Part shown: positions 59,489-64,000 of the stretch, in pieces
Layout of the letters: each line of letters begins with the position of its first letter
How positions within the stretch are numbered: the first letter of the stretch is position 1
NCBI GenBank assembly: GCA_036835995.1
Contig: DAITKX010000002.1
Coordinates: forward strand, 48,433 to 112,432
Direction: 5' to 3'
Origin: Bacillota bacterium
Lineage (GTDB): Bacteria; Bacillota; Clostridia; Peptostreptococcales; Anaerovoracaceae
Length of the DNA: 64,000 nucleotides
Program-made: the position numbers and the translations under genes
The notes under the pieces: generated by a model
What the model saw: the letters and a program-made list of their open reading frames with translations, nothing else
Told to the model about the DNA's origin: nothing
Database searches by the model: none

Positions 59489-60646
59489 TTATTTCTTCAA
59501 CTTGCTTTGGGCAAATAAGCCAGAGTCCATTGCGCCGTTCTCAAAATCAACATCAACACATTTATAAGGCAAAGCCTTCCCGTCTTCAAGCATATTCAGG
59601 CATATTATTGGTTTCCCAAGCTTTTGATAGTATTCCAGCTCAAATTCAACCCATGCAGATTTAATGGAATTCTCGGTTCGTATAAACAATAAATTCTCTG
59701 ATTGCTCCATACGCTTCTTTAAAGCTTCTTTGGTAAACTCGCTTACGAGACTCCGTTTTAGAAAATCCGAATCGCTATACCAGTCACAATAACAACTGAA
59801 ACCAATACCGTTTAGAATCTTGATCGTAGCTTCAACAACTTTCCCATCAAGATAACTATGGGAGACAAAAACACCAAACTGTTTTTTGCTTTGTATCGTA
59901 TCTCTACCAAGTCTATTAGCTAAATCGGCAGGCGTCATGTTGAAATCAAAAGTTTCTGTCATATATGATTTCTGCTTGCCTTTAAAACTCTTTCGCAGTT
60001 TCACATAATGACCGCTTTTTTGTAGATGGCTAAAAGCTATCTGCCGTATTTGAGCATTTCGTTCCGAATCATTAATTTTGCTAAAGAAAGTAAGTGTTTT
60101 TTCACAAATAAACTTACCCATTTCCGATACAATCTCTATTTTTCCTTCGGTTGTTATCCCTTTTTGATGATATGCAGCGATTAAAGCATCTATATAATAG
60201 GGTTCAATTTCTTGCGTACGCCTTGTATAATCCTCAATTTTGGTTGCTTTTTCTTCTATTTTTCGTTCTCTTTTGTTTTTTAGTTCGTTGTATTTTCTAT
60301 CTTGGTCATCTTCTGAATAAGAAGCTTTATGCTTATCCTTATAGCCTTTACTAAGAATATTTTTCACCACAGGCATGTTAAAGAAAAACTGTTCAGGCGT
60401 TTCAGGATGGTAGCGTGTCTGCTTTCCGACTTTTTTCAGAAACCCATCTTTGTCCTTATAATTATTCTGCCTTTCAACTATTTCTCTCCACTCAAAAGGG
60501 TAAAGCTGTGAAAAAAGATTGAGCAAATCAACTCCGTTATATTCATAAGGCAAGATACCGGCAACTAAATACAGCGGTCGCTTAATTTTTTTATGTATTC
60601 GCATTGTTTCGCCAATATATTTTCGTTTTGTTATTCCAGGCATCAT
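59489..60646 (-). CDS. TIR domain protein with a large helical N-terminal region
   Basis: C-terminal VFVSHSYLD..CYCDW..MEQSENLLFIRTENSIKSAWVEFEL..GKPI, including the WxxxE catalytic Glu. Confidence 0.85.
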   Translation of the reverse strand: MMPGITKRKYIGETMRIHKKIKRPLYLVAGILPYEYNGVDLLNLFSQLYPFEWREIVERQNNYKDKDGFLKKVGKQTRYHPETPEQFFFNMPVVKNILSKGYKDKHKASYSEDDQDRKYNELKNKRERKIEEKATKIEDYTRRTQEIEPYYIDALIAAYHQKGITTEGKIEIVSEMGKFICEKTLTFFSKINDSERNAQIRQIAFSHLQKSGHYVKLRKSFKGKQKSYMTETFDFNMTPADLANRLGRDTIQSKKQFGVFVSHSYLDGKVVEATIKILNGIGFSCYCDWYSDSDFLKRSLVSEFTKEALKKRMEQSENLLFIRTENSIKSAWVEFELEYYQKLGKPIICLNMLEDGKALPYKCVDVDFENGAMDSGLFAQSKLKK

Positions 60647-60719
60647 CTGTCGTTCCTTCAGGTTAAGCTATTTTATAGATATAGTATAGCGCCTAATATA
60701 AAGCCTTTACGGTAAAAGC

Positions 60720-61421
60720 CTATATTTCTTTTCTGATATCGTAATTATCCTGTTTGTCTTGGATTTCATAGGCTTTGTCTATGTAATAATCGGGGCTTCC
60801 CTTAAAATCGTCCCATTTTGCACATAGCATATAATTATAATCACCACGATAAATTGTGCTTCCCGAATCACAGTTATCGGTAGTTGGCTTTTTTTCATTG
60901 AACATATTTTTACCCATGATTGTAAAAATAAGATTTGAAGTATTATTGAAAAAAGTACATCCTGAACTACAGCAGCTCTTTTTCTCAGTAAAATATGAAT
61001 ATGAGCCGTATGTATCAGGGACAACAAGAGCCAGTAGCGCATTTGTTTTGCTTGTTACGGTTCTGCCGCTGGAATCAGCCCGTGAAATCTCTTTGAGCGA
61101 ATATGATATCTCCTGTGGTATCCACTGATACTTTTCTACTTTTAGCTGATCACGCATTCCCTTTGAAAGCATAACAATTGTGAGCGTGCTATCATATATT
61201 CTATTTTTTAGCTTATTCCAGATTGTCGCATCAGATAGCTGAGATAAATCCTCTCCATCCGACTCCCCTTTATAAATATGCTCTGTCTTATCTTTTAACA
61301 GTCCTTCGAGTTCATCCACGTAATTTCTAACGGTACATGGATTCCAGATTGTAGCTGCACCAGTAATATCCTTAACATTACTATCAGCATACTTGTACGA
61401 AACGAAAATTTTACGCCCCAT
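60720..61421 (-). CDS. ThsB-like / MTH538 (DUF1863) TIR protein
   Basis: RKIFVSYKY.D, IYKGE.DGEDLS, DSTLTIV.LS, WIPQEISYSL. Confidence 0.8.
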   Translation of the reverse strand: MGRKIFVSYKYADSNVKDITGAATIWNPCTVRNYVDELEGLLKDKTEHIYKGESDGEDLSQLSDATIWNKLKNRIYDSTLTIVMLSKGMRDQLKVEKYQWIPQEISYSLKEISRADSSGRTVTSKTNALLALVVPDTYGSYSYFTEKKSCCSSGCTFFNNTSNLIFTIMGKNMFNEKKPTTDNCDSGSTIYRGDYNYMLCAKWDDFKGSPDYYIDKAYEIQDKQDNYDIRKEI

Positions 61422-61447
61422 ATTTTAACCCCCAATCAAACCCTTAA

Positions 61448-61864
61448 CTAACAGGCAAAATAAATAACAACTGCAACCGCAAGCGCAAGTGGTATATAGA
61501 AACCCGCCTCCGTTTTTGATAATACGCTTTGTAGATACTTCGTTTTACTTACATCATCCGGAGCGGGAGGTGTTAAGACCATGTCCACATCTTCATCTTT
61601 CATCTTGATTGCATTGTTATATAACTTGCGATATAAGCGCTCTTGCTGTAGGTAATAGGAATCCATTAACCAAAACAACACTACCGGAATGTACGCAATC
61701 AAAAAGAAGGACTTATCTGCATCTTTGCTCGCCAAGGCAAATATGCCAGCGACAAGGGTTATCGCCCAGCCTTTCAGCATAAAGCTATTGTTTGCCATTC
61801 GTGTTACGACATTCTGTATCAATTCTAAATACCTGATTTTTGTTTCTGAACATTTCTCTGTCAC
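61448..61864 (-). CDS. Small membrane protein (about 3 hydrophobic segments), TIR-associated
   Basis: GGAGGTG RBS then GTG 61864; LELIQNVVTRMANNSFMLKGW..FWLMDSYYLQQERLYRKLY. Confidence 0.8.
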   Translation of the reverse strand: MTEKCSETKIRYLELIQNVVTRMANNSFMLKGWAITLVAGIFALASKDADKSFFLIAYIPVVLFWLMDSYYLQQERLYRKLYNNAIKMKDEDVDMVLTPPAPDDVSKTKYLQSVLSKTEAGFYIPLALAVAVVIYFAC

Positions 61865-61879
61865 CAGAAGCACCTCCTT

Positions 61880-62908
61880 CTAATCTTCCTCAATCTCGTA
61901 TTTCCCTTTAATCCGCTTTTCAATATCCTCTGCAGAGGGCAGTGTGTCCGCCAATTCATGCGGCACAAAATCGGATAGCTTATATTCACTCACGCCGATG
62001 GGCTTGTTAATATCGCGTAGTGCGTATTCGGCAGTCAGCTTATCCCGCTCTTTGCAAAGCAGGATACCTATCGATGGGTTGTCATGCTCATGCCGCAGTA
62101 TATCATCCACAGCCGAAAGGTAAAAGTTCAGCTTTCCGGCATACTCTGGCTTGAATTTACCGGCCTTCAGTTCAACCACAACATAGCAGCGTAGGCGGGT
62201 GTTATAAAACAGCAGGTCGAGGTAATAATCCTCGTTACCGACAGAAAGATGATACTGGTTGCCGAGAAACGCAAAACCCGTACCGAGTTCAATCAGCGTC
62301 TTGGCGATGTTCGCCACCAATTCGTTTTCTATCTCACGTTCTATGATGTCATCGCGTATTTCAATAAAATCGAATACGTACGGATTCTTCAAAGTATCCC
62401 GTGCCAGCTCACTCTGTGGTGAAGGCAGAGCATGATCGAAGTTGGTGGCCTTGCCCGGCAAAGCTTGTCTCTCGTACAGCTTCGTTTCAATCTGGTGAAG
62501 AAGAATATTTCGTGACCAGCCATTTTCTAAAGCTTTATTGGCATACCAAAGATAAGTATTTTTATCAGAAATTTTATCCATCAAGGTTTGAAGATGATAC
62601 CACGTTAAATCTGCAAGTGGCTCCTGCAGATTTTCATTTTCATCAAACATTTCGGCGAATCTGCGCATATACCGCAAGTTCCGAACAGAGTACCCCTTGG
62701 CATTCGGGAATTCAGACTTAATGTCACGAGCCAGGTTTTCTATAAACCCGCTGCCATATTTGCTGTTTTCGATGATGACCTTGCCGATATTCCAAAACAG
62801 AAGTATCTGCTCACGGTTTAACCCTAAAACAGCTCTGTACTGAGCGTCTTGAATCTGTGCCTTAACGCTTTCTAGAACTTTAAAATAGTTGTCATTGTTA
62901 ATAAGCAT
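61880..62908 (-). CDS. YhcG/DUF1016 PD-(D/E)XK nuclease family protein
   Basis: WNIG, GYSVRNLRYMR.F, LKNPYVFDF, ELGTGFAF, YLDLLFY..VVELK, NFYL, IGILLC. Confidence 0.93.
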   Translation of the reverse strand: MLINNDNYFKVLESVKAQIQDAQYRAVLGLNREQILLFWNIGKVIIENSKYGSGFIENLARDIKSEFPNAKGYSVRNLRYMRRFAEMFDENENLQEPLADLTWYHLQTLMDKISDKNTYLWYANKALENGWSRNILLHQIETKLYERQALPGKATNFDHALPSPQSELARDTLKNPYVFDFIEIRDDIIEREIENELVANIAKTLIELGTGFAFLGNQYHLSVGNEDYYLDLLFYNTRLRCYVVVELKAGKFKPEYAGKLNFYLSAVDDILRHEHDNPSIGILLCKERDKLTAEYALRDINKPIGVSEYKLSDFVPHELADTLPSAEDIEKRIKGKYEIEED

Positions 62909-63053
62909 GGGTTTACCTCCTCAATTCTGCAGGCGGCACTTGCAGATTTCATCGTTTCCAATTTTTATCTTATAAGTATTATTCCATAAATCAGCAGTAA
63001 ACGCTTAAGAATTATCAGTCGTTTTTTGAGAAACAATTATGAAATATGCTGGT

Positions 63054-63470
63054 TTAACTGAACAATTTTTTGATCCAGTTCCAAGCTCTCAAAATGCCCT
63101 TATTCTTATACAGATTATCGTAATAGACCTTCCGACGCAATTCTTCGGCAGCACGTCCCGCCTTAATCTCGTCATCTGACCATTCAGCAGCCCATATGAT
63201 TTGACCCTTGTTTATAATATAATGCGATTTGCAAGCCTGCTGCCAGTTGCCCACAGAAGGACGAAGGGTCGGACCGGCAGGTGTATCATAAAAAGTCCAC
63301 TCTGTAGGACCTAATGGCGTGCGAATTTTAGCACCACACCCACATGCACAGAGATGCGCCGCAGTGCCAAATTCCTCCGAAACATAAAGCACGCCTTGCT
63401 CTAATTCTTTTGGCATATAGTGAACTCGTTGTAGTTTAATCTTCGACAACTTGACTGTCAGGTGAATCAC
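63054..63470 (-). CDS. DUF6527 family protein (Bub-operon-associated putative peptidase)
   Basis: LYVS..AAHLCACGCG....TPL, TLRPSVGNW..CKSHY.I..G.I.W; exact start uncertain. Confidence 0.8.
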   Translation of the reverse strand: MIHLTVKLSKIKLQRVHYMPKELEQGVLYVSEEFGTAAHLCACGCGAKIRTPLGPTEWTFYDTPAGPTLRPSVGNWQQACKSHYIINKGQIIWAAEWSDDEIKAGRAAEELRRKVYYDNLYKNKGILRAWNWIKKLFS

Positions 63471-63487
63471 TCCCCACTATTTTCATA

Positions 63488-64000
63488 TCAGAAATATCGA
63501 ATAGCTACTGACTCCATGTAGAATTCCCGCAATTGTTTAAATCTTATGACTGCTAAACACGCATTCAGCGCATTGAGTTCTCCAATTTGTATATTTGTTT
63601 TATATAGATTATCAGGATTATCGGTAAGCGGCACCTTTTCTTTTTCTTTCCTTGCCTGATCCTCATCGGTAGAAAAATATGTTGTGCGAACCATTCCTTT
63701 TAGCAATCCACTTTTTCGCTTAAGTCCCATTCCTACATCGATAAATGGTATCTTCATTGACATTAAAAGCTCTATGATACCAGCGCGCGAAGTACCCTTA
63801 TCAACACACACAAACGCAAATGTTACTCCACTCAGGTCTTCTTCACAGGTTTCGTCAATAAATTTCGATTCAGCTTTTACACCTGTTCGGAAATTTTCAT
63901 ATCGAGACTCACAGACTTCTATTTTAAGCTTGCCCAGCTCATCTTCCTGCAGCCTGCCAGGAGAGCGGAAGGCATTATGAACATAATACTTATCTGTATC
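63488..64000 (-). CDS. ThiF/E1-like adenylyltransferase, C-terminal part (runs off window end)
   Basis: Open to the window end: DTDKYYVHNAFRSPG..FAFVCVDKG..PFIDVGMGL..NLYKTNIQIGELNALNA. Confidence 0.85.
   Translation of the reverse strand, partial: DTDKYYVHNAFRSPGRLQEDELGKLKIEVCESRYENFRTGVKAESKFIDETCEEDLSGVTFAFVCVDKGTSRAGIIELLMSMKIPFIDVGMGLKRKSGLLKGMVRTTYFSTDEDQARKEKEKVPLTDNPDNLYKTNIQIGELNALNACLAVIRFKQLREFYMESVAIRYF

Larger units (their letters stand above)
59467..64000. mobile_element. tRNA-integrated genomic (defence) island, continues beyond the window
   Basis: Begins at a tRNA-end repeat, mostly AT-rich, carries TIR, YhcG and ThiF/DUF6527 genes. No integrase inside the window. Confidence 0.7.

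Noticed and set aside
59428..59500. Intact tRNA gene
   Set aside because: Only the 3' half is present; no D-arm or GCTCCCG acceptor 5' strand upstream

Overview
Chromosomal window from a spore-forming anaerobic Firmicute. A Clostridia-type origin is inferred from the CIRCE element, Rex, sigma54 activators, a sporulation-type promoter and a clostridial ferredoxin. About 1-49 kb is ordinary core DNA. It contains guaBA, groESL with a perfect CIRCE, ogg, a ferredoxin missed by the ORF track, rex, acpP, the tsaE-tsaB-rimI-tsaD-ABC-F block, an FMN riboswitch with a RibU-type ECF S component, pepV, and a liv ABC cluster with three binding proteins. It also contains a hom / two acyl-CoA ligase / racemase / TudS-like operon, an ECF sigma/anti-sigma pair, a sigma54-driven lysP-lysA-dppA operon and padR-ftsW. 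About 49.3-59.1 kb is a largely AT-richer, decaying amino-acid catabolism region with a deletion-fused MFS/saccharopine-dehydrogenase pseudogene pair, frameshifted rarD, a CoA-transferase and a remnant of a paralogue, and a sigma54 activator with pepD. At 59.1-59.5 kb two identical 32-bp copies of a tRNA 3' end flank a GC-rich, hairpin-packed mini-element. Beyond this, a probable tRNA-integrated defence island runs off the window end. It carries a ThiF/E1 + DUF6527 pair resembling bacterial ubiquitination-like (Bub) operons, a YhcG nuclease, and a small membrane protein + ThsB-like TIR + large TIR module with no canonical Thoeris ThsA in the window. That TIR module is the best candidate here for an undescribed system. 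All family assignments come from motif recognition; no database searches were run.
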